Below are positions 26,467 through 39,957 of a stretch of DNA of 64,000 nucleotides, piece after piece. Origin of the DNA: Puccinia triticina. Its lineage: Eukaryota. The stretch covers positions 3,844,001-3,908,000 of the forward strand of contig CP110439.1 of NCBI GenBank assembly GCA_026914245.1, given 5' to 3'. The translations under genes and the position numbers were made by a program. Under the pieces are notes generated by a model, which saw nothing but the letters and a program-made list of their open reading frames with translations, did not search any database and was not told the DNA's origin. Every line of letters begins with the position of its first letter. Position 1 is the stretch's first letter.

Positions 26467-27884
26467 CGGAATTACTTCGCGCACTGCGGAAAACTCTTTG
26501 CGCACTGTGGGGGTCATCGTCTCAACGTCCAGCCCCCAGTGCGCGCTTCTGCCACGGCTCTTCGCGCACTGCATTTTCCGCCAAAAAAAACGGCTTGCAT
26601 TTCTTGAGATATTTTTTGTTGAATCAATAGAATGGCTTTTTATGATCCCCCTAAAAAATAATCAAGTCATTTAGGGGTCTCCTTGAGCCTAGAGAAAATT
26701 GACATGAAAAAATCATTTTTTAACGCGGCAGGGACCTGTAATATCGCTTCCTGTGCCCCAGTAGCCCCAAAAATTTTACAGTATCATGGTAGATGTGCAA
26801 ATTGATGACCTGATAATTTTCAGAATTTTTCCCAGAGATATAAGGGGTGCGCGGCAGGCTTAGTAGGAAAATTACTGCTAACTGTATAGCTTTTTTTTTA
26901 CACACCCAAACAGTCCCAAAATTTCAGAAATCTTTTCATTGTGGATATTCTCCGCGCCATAAATTTCTTGGCAATAGTGTGTCATGATAACATGAGATGT
27001 AGTGCGGCGGGCTTAGTTGGAAAATGACTGCTAACTTATCTCATGTTTTAATGACACACTATTGCTAAGAGCTTTATGGCCCGGATAATATGCAAACTTC
27101 AAACATTCCTGAAAATTTCAGACTGTTTCAGCATGTAAAAAAAAATCTATACATGTAGCAGCCATTTTCCTACTAAGCCCGCCGCGCACCCCTTATATCT
27201 CATGTTATCATGACACACTATTGCCAAGAAATTTATGGCGCGGAGAATATCCACAATTAAAACATTTCTGAAATTTTGGGACTGTTTGGGTGTGTAACAA
27301 AAAAGCTATACAGTTAGCAGTAATTTTCCTACTAAGCCTGCTGCGCACCCCTTATATCTCATTTTATAATGACACACTATTGCTAGGAATTTCAGGGAAT
27401 TAATTTGAAGCATATTTCTCTGTGATCTCAAAATTTTGTACGTTTTTTGTGTGTAACAAAAAAGTTATACATATACGCAAAATAATAAACGCAATACCTA
27501 TTTGGGCTAAAGGAAAGCTGTTGGAAATTCTGAAAATTATCAGGTCATGAATTTGCACATGTACCATGATACTGTGAAATTTTTGGGGCTACTGGGGCAC
27601 AGGAAGCGATATTACAGGTCCCTGCCGCGTTAAAAAATGATTTTTCATGTCAATTTTCTCTAGGCTCAAGGAGACCCCTAAATGACTTGATTATTTTTTA
27701 GGGGGATCATAAAAAGTCATTCTATTGATTCATCAAAAAATATCTCAAGAAATGCAAGCCGTTTTTTGGGGGGAATGCACAGTGCGCAAAGAGCCGTGGC
27801 GAAAGCGCGCACTGGGGGCGGGACGTCGAGACGACGACCCCCACAGTGCGCGAAGAGTTTCTCGCAGTGCGCAAAGTAAGTCCG
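26467..27884. mobile_element. MULE (Mutator)-like foldback element
   Basis: About 350-bp TIRs beginning CGGA(A/C)TTACTT(C/T)GCGCACTGCG. Perfect 9-bp TSD AAAAAACAA. Internal repeats. Confidence 0.85.
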
Positions 27885-29487
27885 AAAAAACAATCCAATG
27901 CCAAAACATATATTGGACTGTTACAATTTTGCACTACAAAATAATGCAGGGGTTTTTTTCTGCTACAAAATAGACCATAGTGGTAATGTATTCAGGGGTG
28001 TTGCACAGCATGATAGCACATTTAGTGCAGTGTTAGCACAAATCTGCTTCAAACTTTGGCTTGCCCGAAACAGCAGGAGTTTGGGTCTTTTAGTTCTATG
28101 TCAATTCCTGACAACTAGACTTTCTGATAACTGATGTGGTGTTTTATCAGACAAGCACTGTACTGGTCCAAATTGAGCTTTTTTTGTTCCAACACAGGAA
28201 TTTAACCTTGCAGCGGCGGAGCCGCCTTGGCCTCTAGTCTTTCATATATACTCCAATTTTTTATTTGACAGGTGTCAGATACAGCCCAAGGCTAAATTGA
28301 AACCCAGAGCCATCATCCTTGAGAAGATGGTCTTGGATTAGACTTCAGGAAAAACTGAGGTCATATTTGGAACCAGAGCTTCTCTTTGACCCCTCCAACC
28401 ACAGCTCATGGTGATAGACCGCTGCCCTCTGCCCAAACGGAGGGGCCAACCAAGCACCAGACCATTACACAACCTGCAAAGGACAAGAGGGCTGTGGGAT
28501 ACTCCAGCCAAAAGTTAATCTAAAAATCAAAGATAAACCCATACACCAAAACAAAAAAGATTAGAGAAGGTCCAACCTTCTCAGAAAAGACAATACATTA
28601 GGGGGGTTCACGATTGGATTTCACTAGCAACATTTTATCACCTCACCAGTAGAGATGTGCATTCTGCGCAATTAAATTTTGGGACTTGGAAAAACAACTC
28701 CCATACGTCGCCGGGACCAAATTGCAACCGGGTCCGGACATCACAACATGAGATATAAGGGGGGCGTGATTGGCTCAGTAGGAAATTATTGCTAACTGTA
28801 TAGCTTTTTTGTTACACAACCAAACAGTCTAAAAGGTTTAGGGATATTTATACGTTGTACATACTCTGTGCTATGAAAATTATGGAAATATTATGTCATC
28901 AGAACATTACATATGAGGGCTGCACGTTAGCCATCATGCATTACCAACTTCAAACCTCTTGTAGACCCAGTTCTGCTGAACTTTATATTGATTTTATTAT
29001 CTCAAAAGAGCCGCCTGAATCTCCCCTTTCCAATGACGCGCTTTATACATGTTTTTGCTGATGTTCACAATTTTTACAGTCCTTTCCGTCCAGTCCTCTG
29101 CTCCAATGGCGGCACACGCACCCCTGGTTAAACCTGACCATACCAAATTGGTACATGGGGCGACATGGTACATGGTGTATACATGTTACATATCATGTAA
29201 ATTTTACATGGCGTGTACATGTTACATGTCAAATAGTGCATGTGCACATGTCTTATGTGGTGTGTGTGCATGTTGCTTACAGCTTACATGGTGTTTGTGC
29301 ACGTGCCGCGTAATATAGGGGAGTTGATGTGCCTGCACGCGCACAACTCCCAAAGAGGCCTTCTGCAAAGGGCCTTTTGGGCGGACAACTCCCATTTATT
29401 GGGAAAAAATAAATGAACAAATTTGAATAAATCGTATTTGACGACTCCCAAAATATGGGAGTTGTTTTTCCAATTCCCTATATATTT

Positions 29488-30208
29488 CGGACTCCCTTTG
29501 CGCACTGCACAGTGCGCGGATTCCCAAACACTTCGCGCACTGCGGGTAAAATACACAACTCTTTGAAGATTTTTCTTGACCAATCAATAGACAGGTTTCC
29601 CATTGGCCTCTCTGAATTTTTTGGGAGTTTTTTGAAGCATTCTTCTATGTTAAAAAAATCATTAAAACCAAGAAGAAATGCAGGATTTGGGTGCCTAAAA
29701 AACAAGGTTCTCATAGCCCCAAAATTCCAAATCATTTATTGAGTAATGGAACATGTAAGGACACCTACTTCAGAAGTTTTAAGCCACTTTTTGCAAGGAT
29801 ACAGGTCTGAAAAATGAGGATAATTTAGATGTAATGTGCTAATATGTGATGAAGTTTCTGATTTTTCAGACCTGTATGCTTGCACAAAGTGGCTGAAATC
29901 TTTGAAGTAGCTGTTCTTACATGTTTCATTACTCAATAAATTATTTGAAATTTTTGGGCTATGGGAACCTTGTTTTTTAGGCGCCCAAATCCTACATTTC
30001 TTCTGGTTTTTAATGATTTTTTTAAACATAGAAGAATGCTTCAAAAAACTCCCAAAGAATTCAGAGAGGCCAATGGGAAGCCTGTCTATTGATTGGTCAA
30101 GAAAAATCTTCAAAGAGTTGCGTATTTTACCCGCAGTGCGCGAAGTGTTTGGAATCCGCGCACTGTGCAGGGCGCGAAGTGTTTTTTGCAGGGCGCGAAG
30201 TAAGTCCA
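29488..30208. mobile_element. MULE-like foldback element related to 26467-27884
   Basis: Almost fully palindromic ~720 bp. Termini CGGACT.../...AGTCCA. 8-bp TSD ATATATTT. Confidence 0.8.
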
Positions 30209-31905
30209 ATATATTTAGTACTAGAGGCCAAGGCGGATTTGCCGCTGCAAATTGTAGGCTCAATTGTCAAACTGACACAACACAACAAAATATTGGACCA
30301 ATTATTTGTATTGTATTGATTTGCCACTACACAAGAACTTGAACTGGGTGTATTCTATACAATCAAAAAGACAATAAATCTTAATTTTATTTCCTAGTCT
30401 AACCCAAAAATATGTGGAATCTTGTATTGTATCACCACTGGGCCTCTACACTACAGCATGCTACAGGGGCATGTGAGCTTCTAATCTGCTTTGCGGTACT
30501 ATAAAGCATATTTAGTGACAAAAACCACCAAATAACTCTGCAGTGCAGCTTAGTAGGAGGTATTGCTACTTTGTGGCCTGTGCACATAGCGCTAGCAAAC
30601 AAGCAGAAATTTGCTACACTACATTAATTCAGATCAGAATTCTGCTACTTCAGGCCACACTAATGCCATTGGCATAGCTGGACCACTCTTGGTTTTAATA
30701 TTAGGAAAGTTCAAATATAGCAATTGAGGCCCGCTGCTAGTTTTTGTATGCACTTGAGTGCTGCCTGTTGGTTTGGAAAATTCATTCATTTCCCATCCAA
30801 ATTAGCTTGGTCAGCAACAGAGCTTCAGGTGCTAAGGTCATAAATTTAATACGTAGGTTGTTGGCTGCTACATTCATAGCAGAAACTTTGCAGCCTTAGT
30901 TTTTGTGTTACATCTTGGATAATTTTCAAGCTCACACATGCACAACTGAAACAAAAAGAAAATTGGGACTCCAAAGATTTATAACAAGCATGCAAGAAAT
31001 CCAATAAGTGGAAATAGATCAACTGTTAGTTTTTAGGAACTTGAAAGATGTGCATGTGTTTGCAAGAGTCAAGCTTGCAACCACATGATCTCACGTCAAG
31101 ACTTTGGGCCAATAACCATGTACTATGGGACTTAGGTCTTACAGTAGAAAAAAGAGTTTGGGTACCCATGCAACAGGGTGCCAGTTGAATTTTGGATGTC
31201 AACTTGCAGTGGGAATGGAACCAGCAGGTCCACACAGCATGCAAACACTACAGTAATTGATGTTGACTGCACCATGCAGCATCTTGATGACCATAGTGAC
31301 TTTCATTAACTACAAGTAACCACACTTGACACCCAACCACTCCCCCAATGACCAGACACCACATCAAGGGGGAGGGGGAGCAATGCTTGCCTCTTGATGG
31401 CCAACAAAAGCCTGCTGTCAAGAGGTACCAGCTCTTGTGCTGGCTGGTAAGTTGTAACAGCCACTCACCACGTTATAAATGGCCAGTCTGTTGTGGCTAT
31501 TGTGAGGATCATGTCAGGATCTTCCGGACATTGAGAGAAGTACAAACTCACCTCAATGGCCGATTTGTTCCGGACATTGGGGTAGATTTTACTCCTCTCA
31601 ATGAACGGAGCAAACCGGTCATCAAGAGTACATCAATGGCCGGTTTGTTCTGGTCATCAGGAGGAGTAAACACTCATCTTGATGGCCGCTCTGTTCCGGT
31701 TATTGAGAGGAGTGTACTCCCCTCAATGATGGATTGTTTCCGTCATTGAGAGGAGTGTACTCCCCTCGATGACCGGATTGCTCCAGTCATCAAGAGGAGT
31801 GTACTCCCCTTGATGACTGGATTGCTCCAGTCATCAAGAGGAATGTACTCCCCTCAATGACTGGATTGCTCCAGTCATTGAGAGGAATGTACTCTTTTCT
31901 TTTTT

Positions 31906-31936
<31 letters not shown>

Positions 31937-33107
31937 GTGCTTATTGTTTTGACATTGCGCACTAGGTGAATACTAGATTATGTAGATACATGCAATGATT
32001 TTTAGAATAAAATACATGATTGAATAATTTGAGATTATTTATATTGTTGAGTATGATTTGTATTTTATCTGAGTGATTTTTGAGGGAAGAAAGAAAGAAA
32101 AGAAAAAAGATGCGCCCAAAGAAAGTGATAAATTGAAAATCCATCTATTTTACTGAGTCTAAACCTTTGCGAATGCCGAATCCAGTGAACTTCCGTCACG
32201 ACTGCGGCCCAGAAAGCGTTTTATGTTGTTGCTCAAGCCACATACCCTGATGATGTAAGCAGGCAGGAAGTTAACCAAACTCGACCCCCGCTAGGATCTA
32301 GCCCAATCTCTCCCACTGAGTACATGAATGAAGAACACACTAAAACAGTAAGTCAATATTTACAAATTATCTCTCTTTTGGAAATTAGAAAATAAAAAAA
32401 TAACTAATTTAGTCTTCTTCATCGACATAGTTTCTGATGTTTTTGAACCAATTGGTTTTGAGAATGAATTTCAACAGTGTTTCAAAAGTCAATGGGTTAT
32501 CAAGTAAGTGTTTTAACAAATCCGGATTGATCTTGATTTTATTAGCTACTAATCTTGTTCTAAACTTTCTTCTTTTATTTGAAAATTTCTTGCATTTGAT
32601 AAGGTAATGATCGACTGTTTCCGGCAAGTGACAGAAATCACAATCCGGAGACTCAAGTTTGTTGATATGGAAGAGGAAATTGTTCAGAGGAGAATGACCC
32701 AATTGAAGTTGGTAGATAGTTGAACTCAGACCCCTTTTGAGTTGATTTAGTGAGTTGAAGATTTTAGTTGGTTTGTTGGTTAATGAAATGTGATTTCGGA
32801 TAATAGCTTGTTTTTTCTTATCGAATTTGAATTTAGAACGGACTAGGGAAATCGTGGCTGCGCTGCGGAACACAAAGATGATCCAAGAAACAGGAAATTG
32901 TTTGAGCTTCTAAATGAAAACTTATAAATAAACAAAGGCTTAAAACCTGAGCGCCTCAATCAAAAAAGGAAATTGTGCACATCTTAAGTGCACAGGCATG
33001 ATATTATCTCAGGAATCATGTTGTAGAATTTCTATGTCCTGAACAATTTTCCTTGTGAAAAAGTCAGGCCCATTAATGCTGGTATAGACCATGCCAAGCT
33101 ATGACAG

Positions 33108-33208
33108 ACTTATACCAATGTTGAAGCAATTGTATATACCAATGTTGAAGCACTTGTATATACCAATGTTGAAGCACTTTTATATACCAATGTTGAAGCA
33201 CTTGTATA
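33108..33208. repeat. 24-bp tandem repeat, about 4 copies
   Basis: TATATACCAATGTTGAAGCACTTG units. Confidence 0.9.
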
Positions 33209-33499
33209 GGATTTCTGCCCTGAACCGGCCATTCTTTCAAAAATTCATATCAACACTGGTTACTCTATGTGTGTCAAAAAGTTGACAGAATGGCTTCTGG
33301 GTTAGTGTTATTTACTACTGAATTAAGACAAATGTGAATCTCAGCACAGCAACATCAATGATAACAGACCTTGGCAAAAACCCAATAATCATCTTAAAGT
33401 TGAAAAGAGTTGAACAATGTTTATGCTACAGGCTGAAGATACGTGGGCAGAATGTATTGAATAGTAAGAGGAGAAATGTGAATTTATTATGGTGCAAGG

Positions 33500-35430
33500 A
33501 CTTAAGTGGGAGGAAATAAGGCCAATGTTTACAACATTGGTGATGACCTCATTATCTTCCTCTGGTACATAAGCCACACCCAATCCACTGACGGAGGTGG
33601 CTCTTGATAATGCCACATACAATTGACCGTGTGCAAAGACCGGGCTAGGTAAAAAGACCCTGACATGGTCCAAGGACTGTCCTTGGCACTTTTTGATAGT
33701 CATAGCAAATGCGCTGACCACAGGAAATTGAAATCGCGTGAAGGAACAGGAAAATTCCATGTCAGGTTCGTATTTGAGCTTAATTTGAGGTAAAGCTGTA
33801 ATCTTCCCAGTTTCCGTGCCTGTAAGGACCTTGACTCTTAGCACCGTCTATCCAATATTGAGGAGCAACAATTTAGTTCCGTTTGCCAAACCATCATCCA
33901 AGCACAAGTTCCGGAGTAGTACTAAGGGCTGTCCAACTTTCAATTCTAGTTTGTTTTCAGGAAATTTTGGTACATTGATTTTGTTCAAATATTCTTCTGG
34001 CAGAGCCTTCTCAGTCGAATCGGTCATTTGATCTATTGAAACGGATATGAAAAGATTGGTAGAAAGGAGTTTTGGGCACTGCTTGTTGATTGTTTTCACA
34101 TATTTATTGAGGGGTGTGATTATGGAACTGCTTTTGTAATATCCTGTCAAGAATTGTTCCAAAAATGGGTGTTGATGGACCATCAAGTCCCCGTAAATGA
34201 ATCTAATGATGTGGGATGATAGAGCTGGGATTGAGTGGTTTCTGAACAGAGTGCCAAAGGGAAATGGAATTCAATCAACTAAGTCCTCTGTGTAGTACCT
34301 TCTCCTATGTTCAGCTGCTATTTATTGAACTGAACAGCGCCTCGTTCAAGGGGCTGGTCACCTGAGCCCAACAATTGGATGTTGCGCCTCAAATGGAATT
34401 TTTTGACGTTTTTCCATAGGGGAGAGTTTAGCATGCATAGTTTCCCTTGTGACAGCATATCACCCATTTTCACAACAGGCAGAGTCTGACAAAAATCACC
34501 TCGGAAGATGACCCTTATTCCGCCAAAAGGAATGTCCATTTTCTTCAAGTCTTGAAAAGATCTGTCAACAGCTTTGACGGAAAGCCGGTTCTACATTGAT
34601 ATTTTGTCCCATACTATAATCTGAACTTCAGATAATTCTTGGCGAAGTGCTGATTGCAACTCCCATACGCAAATAGAGGTCAAATTGATTTTGAGAGGTA
34701 TCTTGAATCAAGCATGGGCAGTGGTAGCATTGTGCAGGACCAACAATGCAATTGCAGAAGAAGAAACAGCGGCCACCCTGAGACCTCTACAGTTTGAAAT
34801 AATCAATCAGAGTGTTGAGGACAAAAGTTTTGCCGGTTCCTCCAGGGCCATCAATATAGACTGTCCAGGGTTCCTTCCTGTTGGTTTGTTTGATGATGTG
34901 GTCTACAGATTGTGTTGCTCAGGTGTAAGCTTTGAGTATTTCTCCTCATACCCCTCAGCTGGATTATAATTTGACAGCTTCTTGGACAAAAAAATGTGCC
35001 CAAGTTGAGGCCATAAAGAACAGTAAGCCAACCTCTTCAAGCAACTTCGATTTTTTTTTAACTGGGCCTCAATTTGGTATTTAGTTAGAGAAATGCAGTT
35101 CTGGGCAGTGGGCTCGATGCCTCCAGGACTATATCTGAGGCTCTACTTTGAATCGTCGCCTAATATGTCTATGAACTGATTGAGGAGCGGTTGAGGGTTT
35201 GCTGGCGGGCTGTGGACCAGCATGATGCAAAATAGAGCTCTTAAACCAGCGCCTAACATCCACAGAGAAGCCTCCTGAAGACAGGTAGCATAGTGCTCAT
35301 CTGATGCAAGTAGTCCTAGGTGTTCAGTAGCTGCGCGGAACGTTGAATGTTGTACTGCGGCAACGGTTCGGAGATTTTCAGAACTCTTAGGACCTCGGAC
35401 GTGTATGAGCAGGAGTCTCAAATACAACAC
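33500..35430 (-). pseudogene. Helitron RepHel Pif1-family helicase, degenerate
   Basis: YLRLLLIHVRGPKS, PFGGIRVIFRGDFCQTLPVV, LKVGQPLVLLRNL...GLANGT and FAMTIKKCQGQSL...FAHGQLYVALSR, broken by multiple stops and frameshifts. Confidence 0.9.
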
Positions 35431-38400
35431 GGACGCACTTTTAAGATTTCAGTTCGAAGAAACTTTGAATGGGCATTAATCCATCTTTTTAAACAAGCAT
35501 TTGAAAAAAAATCAAGTATTGTTTGGACAATATGCAAGATTTTTGATTTTGAACAAGTTGGCGACGTCCCAACTGAATTGATTTTCCTTTGAAGTTCATT
35601 CAAAGCACCTTTGAACAACCTTTGGAGTTTTGCATCTGTGGTGTAGTATTGTTCTCCTTCTGAAATGCTTGTGAAATAGATTCGTAAGTTTTAATCAGAT
35701 GGCGGGGTGAATTCGAGAGAGTGGAGGATGGGAATGTGAAAGAATTGAATTGGCGAGAGTTCCAAAAAACAAACATGGATACATATGGGGTTGAATTTCG
35801 AGGAAATTGGATAACAAAGGTGAGATAACATGCGGAGGTCATCCTGGTTGGGGAGGATAAGGTAATGTGACCTGATGTAGGTGGTGAGTAAAGCAATTTG
35901 GTGTGCGGTTCCGGGTCGGGAAAGGAAAGGGTAGGAGATTAGGGCAGGGAAAATTCTTGAAATGGTAGGAGTATGGAGTGGGGAAATTGATTGAATTGGC
36001 TAAAAAAAAAAGTAAAGGAGGAGGTGTTTTTGTGAGAAGGAAAACAAAAAGGAATGTCAAGAGTTGGAGGTGAGGAAACAATAGATTGCAATGAACAAAG
36101 AGGAAATGATGATTTGAGTGGAGAAAAAGGTAATGTAACGTGCACTCAAGGGAAGAGGAAAAGACTATAAATAGACGGGCTTTGAGAGCGAAAGAACGGC
36201 AAGGCTCCAGAGTTTCAGGCTCATTATGGAGGCCTTCAGGCGGGGAAATGCTGCAATTTTTTTTTCCAGAAAATGGGAAATCTCTGGTTGGGATTACTTG
36301 CTGAATATTGGCTAACGTTCTGGGTTGCTGATTAAGATCAAAAAGTTGATTCCCTTCGGTAGCACTTTTAGCAAGTTGATCCACTATCTCATTTTCCGGA
36401 ATTCCCGCATGGCCCGGACACCAGCATAACAAAAGTGTACTCCCCTTGATGACCGGATTGCACCAGTCATCCAGAGGAGTGTACTCCCCTCAATGACCGG
36501 ATTGCTCCAGTCATCGAGAGGAGTGTACTCCCCTCAATGACTGGAACAGAGTGTTGATTGAGAACTGGGTTGTTCCAATCATCGAGAGGAGTGTACTCCC
36601 CTCGATGACTGGAACAGAGCATTCAGCAAGAGAAGTACATACTTTCCTCGATGGCCTGCACATCTGGCCATCAAGAGGAGGGTCAATGAATAAACTCCTC
36701 TCAATGAGGAGTGGTTCAGCCGCCATTTTGACCGCGCCAACTATTTATCGTCTTTGGTCATGTATGTGAGGGTTGCATACAAGCAGGTTTTTGGGGTCAT
36801 TTTGACCATCACTTTATTGTTACAGCCCTTTAAGCCCCAAACGCTGTTTGGCCAGGCTGGATCTGCAGGAACCTGTCCCGGAGAGGGAGACGGCAGCGGG
36901 GCGGCAGCAATGAGGCTGTAATGTAACGTGGAAACGGGGGTGTGTCATGTTGAATGGAGCTGGCCATGGCATTGGCAACAAGTGCGTCTGGATCATCCCA
37001 GTGGAAGAGTGGGTATATAAGGACTCAGGAGGGCACCATGAAGCAAAAATGTCCCCCAGGGGTTCCGGTTTTTCCCGCCCCCTCCCTGGAAGCCCCCTAG
37101 TTGCTTGATTAGGCCCCTCCTTGAAAGCTCTTTCACAGAGTCTTTCACAACCGGCCCTTTTTTGCTTGTTGCTCTGGCACAGCTGGAGGGTCATCCATAG
37201 GGCCTTTGGTCTTTGGGGATATTTTCAACAGCTGTGTTTATTGTCTAAATTGTGTGCTCTTCTGTTGTGCAATTTCTAAATCCAAAATACGCCAAAACTG
37301 AGATCTAGGTTTCCACATTTGTGTGGATTTAAGAAACTTGGATAGTATGATTGAACCATAACACAGAAAATCTTGTATATAGTCTATACTAGATTTTCCC
37401 TGGAGTTTCCTTTGTCAGTGAATCAGAATCCTTTATTTCTCACTCACCAAAGTGTCACTGGTCTGTCAACCGTGAACTTTGGGTTTTTCATCTTGCGTCC
37501 CACGCAACACCACGGAGCGCTGAAGAGATATGTTTGTTGCAGAAACCCAGCGCCAGTAACCATACAAACCCGGAGTTATCTAGAAAAGAGGCAGAGCACC
37601 AATTCTTATCAGGCGACACAATTTTATTTTGACAACATACAATGGGGTGACAAATCACACACCAATAACACACTTTCCAGACAAGAGCCGCATGTCCAGC
37701 TGGATCATTTCCAAACTGTGTCACCCTCATTTATTTGGCAGAAATGCCCCTAAATTACACACCAATCAAACATTTCTCAGGCCAGAGGGGCATTTCCAGC
37801 AGAGTAATCTCTGAACTGTTTCACCCTCATTTACCCAGCCAACATGATCTTTCTTACTCTTGTGCAAATACTAAAAATGTTTTTACTTCTGATATTTTCT
37901 TTATCCAAATCTAGGTAGTTTCTTTGCAGGTGTGATATCTATTTGATGAAGGCAGTTTGCCCCAACGTAAATACAAAATTGCAAGATTTCACTGATTTGG
38001 AAAGGTAAAACTTAAGGTAGAATTGACATGAGCTTGACTTCAAGATTACTTCAACAGAGTTGAATAGTTACATATCACTCCAAATTAGATTGGCCTATAG
38101 TTCTTGGCAAGTAATGAAACAATTCAACATCACATTGTAAGGACTTCTGCCCCAGTTCAGACAAAAAATAACACCAAATTCCGCTGTGGCACTCCCTGGG
38201 GAGTGCCCCCAAAACTTCCCTGGTTGTTAGTGTTTTGTTGAGTTTTTATGCTTAGCTGTGATTGTTGGATAAGAAGATGGAAAAATGCTTACTAGTCTCT
38301 TCCTCACAAATTGGATAGAGTAACACATGAGGAAAAGACTAGCAGGTTGGGTGAGTTGATTCACTTTTGTTGCCGGGGGAATTTTGGTTAGGGTTACGTT

Positions 38401-39957
38401 AAACTTTGGAATCTTCCCAATTCAAGTGTGAATTGAATTTCTTGCTGCATATTCATAATTGGATGTATTGTTGGTTGGCACATGCAATTAAACACAACAG
38501 CCTCCCCACACATACAGAAACAGCGGAAGGAATCTGAATTAGAAGAGCTAATCAGCCCCAGTTTTTAGACTAGAAGTCAAGAGTGCATTTTGTTCGAACT
38601 TAGTCAGTCCTCCCTTCTGAGTTGGCAGGCTGGCGCCCCTCGCCCGAAGCGCAAGCCTCCGAAGGAGGGACTTGGGAGTAAGCGGGGAAATTTGGCGTGA
38701 GCGCTGAGGACCACCTCCAACCATTTGGCTGGTGTCAAACTTCAACACCACACTAAATTTGCCTCCTGCGGGCCAATCAGGCTGCCCTCGTGCCAGATTG
38801 AAGGCCTGCATCTCGCCTTCAATCCTACATAGATCACATGTCATTAACTCAAACGGTCTTGAAGTTACAAAGCTTGTAACTTCATCTTACCAAGATTCTT
38901 GGATTGTCCGTACCTTTGTACATGCGAGGCAAGTACATAAGAGCTAAATACACATGCCAAAGTGTACAGTTATGGTGGCTTCTGTACTATGTTTTTGTCA
39001 CAGTACAGGTAGGATGCAGAAAGTTTATTGGATAGTGGAGTGTACAGGAGTAAAAAAAAACAAGAGTTTGACTTTTGGAAAACAGCTGATCGTGTTTTTT
39101 GAAAGGATCTCTAGCACTGCTCTGGGGGGATGGATAGATGATGGATGGATGGCTGGCTGCGCAAGCAGCCAGGCTACAAGGCTGTGCTACTCATGACCCC
39201 ATATGTTGCGTGAAAAATGTGCAGGCATTGATTTAGTGGAATTTGGGTGCTGGCCAGGACTACGGTCTGTCAGCTCTCACGCCAGAATTTGCCGCTTGGG
39301 GGCAAGCCTCTCTGTGAGACAGAGACCCTGCGGGGCTCTCCTCCAGAGAGGCTTGGTTAAGCTCGCATTTTGTTGTGCTCAAGCTTGCACTCCAGACTTG
39401 TAGGAGTGAAAACTCCAGCATACTCATATTTGGAGCACCAAAGTCATGGATTCCAATATGCTCTGTGGTGAGGAATGGTACCCACTGCACCATGCAAAGG
39501 TTCTGGAGTGCACAGTGGGTTAGTCCAAAATTATTGGAGTCGTGATTCCACCCGATTGCACTCCAGTTATGTAAATTGGAACTAAACCTGTCACCTCTGC
39601 GTGGTCTCTCCTACTCATGAAAAGGTTACATGGAATAGAAAACTTAAAATTAATTGTTCCAACAAGAATAAATTGAAAATTTGCTATCACACTCACACAT
39701 ATATTCCACTGGAAAAACAAAACAAAGCAAGTCCAAATGAAGTCATGAACATAGACACAAGAAATAAGCTGAATGTATCAACAGTTGGCCAATCATACAT
39801 GTATATACACACATTCTTGGTATATTATCGTTGAGCATTGATGCAGTTTGGTTTCTCTTTACACGACGTTGACTAGGAGAGAGTGGGCAGGGGATAGAAC
39901 AAAAAAGAGCTCAACGGCGAGGCAGGAAAAAAAGGATGAAAAGAAGGTAGAAGAGAC

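Larger units (their letters stand above)
22766..28237 (+). mobile_element. Non-autonomous Helitron, family H1 copy 3, carrying gene fragments
   Basis: 5' A|TCACATATCCAAGTTTATTAAATCCACAC followed by the conserved module. 3' end GCGGC-GGA-GCCGC-CTTGGCCTCTAG|T at 28237. Confidence 0.75.
32843..36293 (-). mobile_element. Internally deleted Helitron with Rep/Pif1 helicase remnants
   Basis: 5' TC at 36293. 3' GC-rich stretch then CCCTAG at 32843. Inserted between A and T with no TSD. Confidence 0.9.
31895..36433 (-). mobile_element. 5'-truncated Tad1-like LINE (RNase H C-terminus, CCHC finger, 3' UTR, poly(A)), interrupted by a Helitron
   Basis: WCPGHAGIPENEIVDQLAK (RNase H) at 36432-36294 continues in frame at 32842 into QLQLGHSPLN...CDFCHLPETVDHYLIKC. 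Poly(T) at ~31895-31935. TGTACTC on both flanks. Confidence 0.85.
30221..37350 (-). mobile_element. Non-autonomous Helitron, family H1 copy 4 (hosts a minisatellite, a LINE and a second Helitron)
   Basis: On the + strand, A|CTAGAGGCCAAGGCGG at 30221 is the 3' end. The minus-strand 5' end is A|TCATACTATCCAAGTTTCTTAAATCCACAC at 37350, with the conserved module at 37050-37340. Confidence 0.7.

Noticed and set aside
28681..29478. Additional foldback element (GGGA(C/A)TTGGAAAAACAACTCCCAT inverted pair)
   Set aside because: The inverted ends are visible but no clear TSD is, so the boundaries are unsupported.
29284..30342. Mirror-image ORFs of 85-175 aa
   Set aside because: They result from the palindromic foldback element.
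32247..32290. Hammerhead ribozyme core (CTGATGA) in the LINE 3' UTR
   Set aside because: There is no correctly placed GAAA or convincing stems, and the motif is antisense to the LINE.
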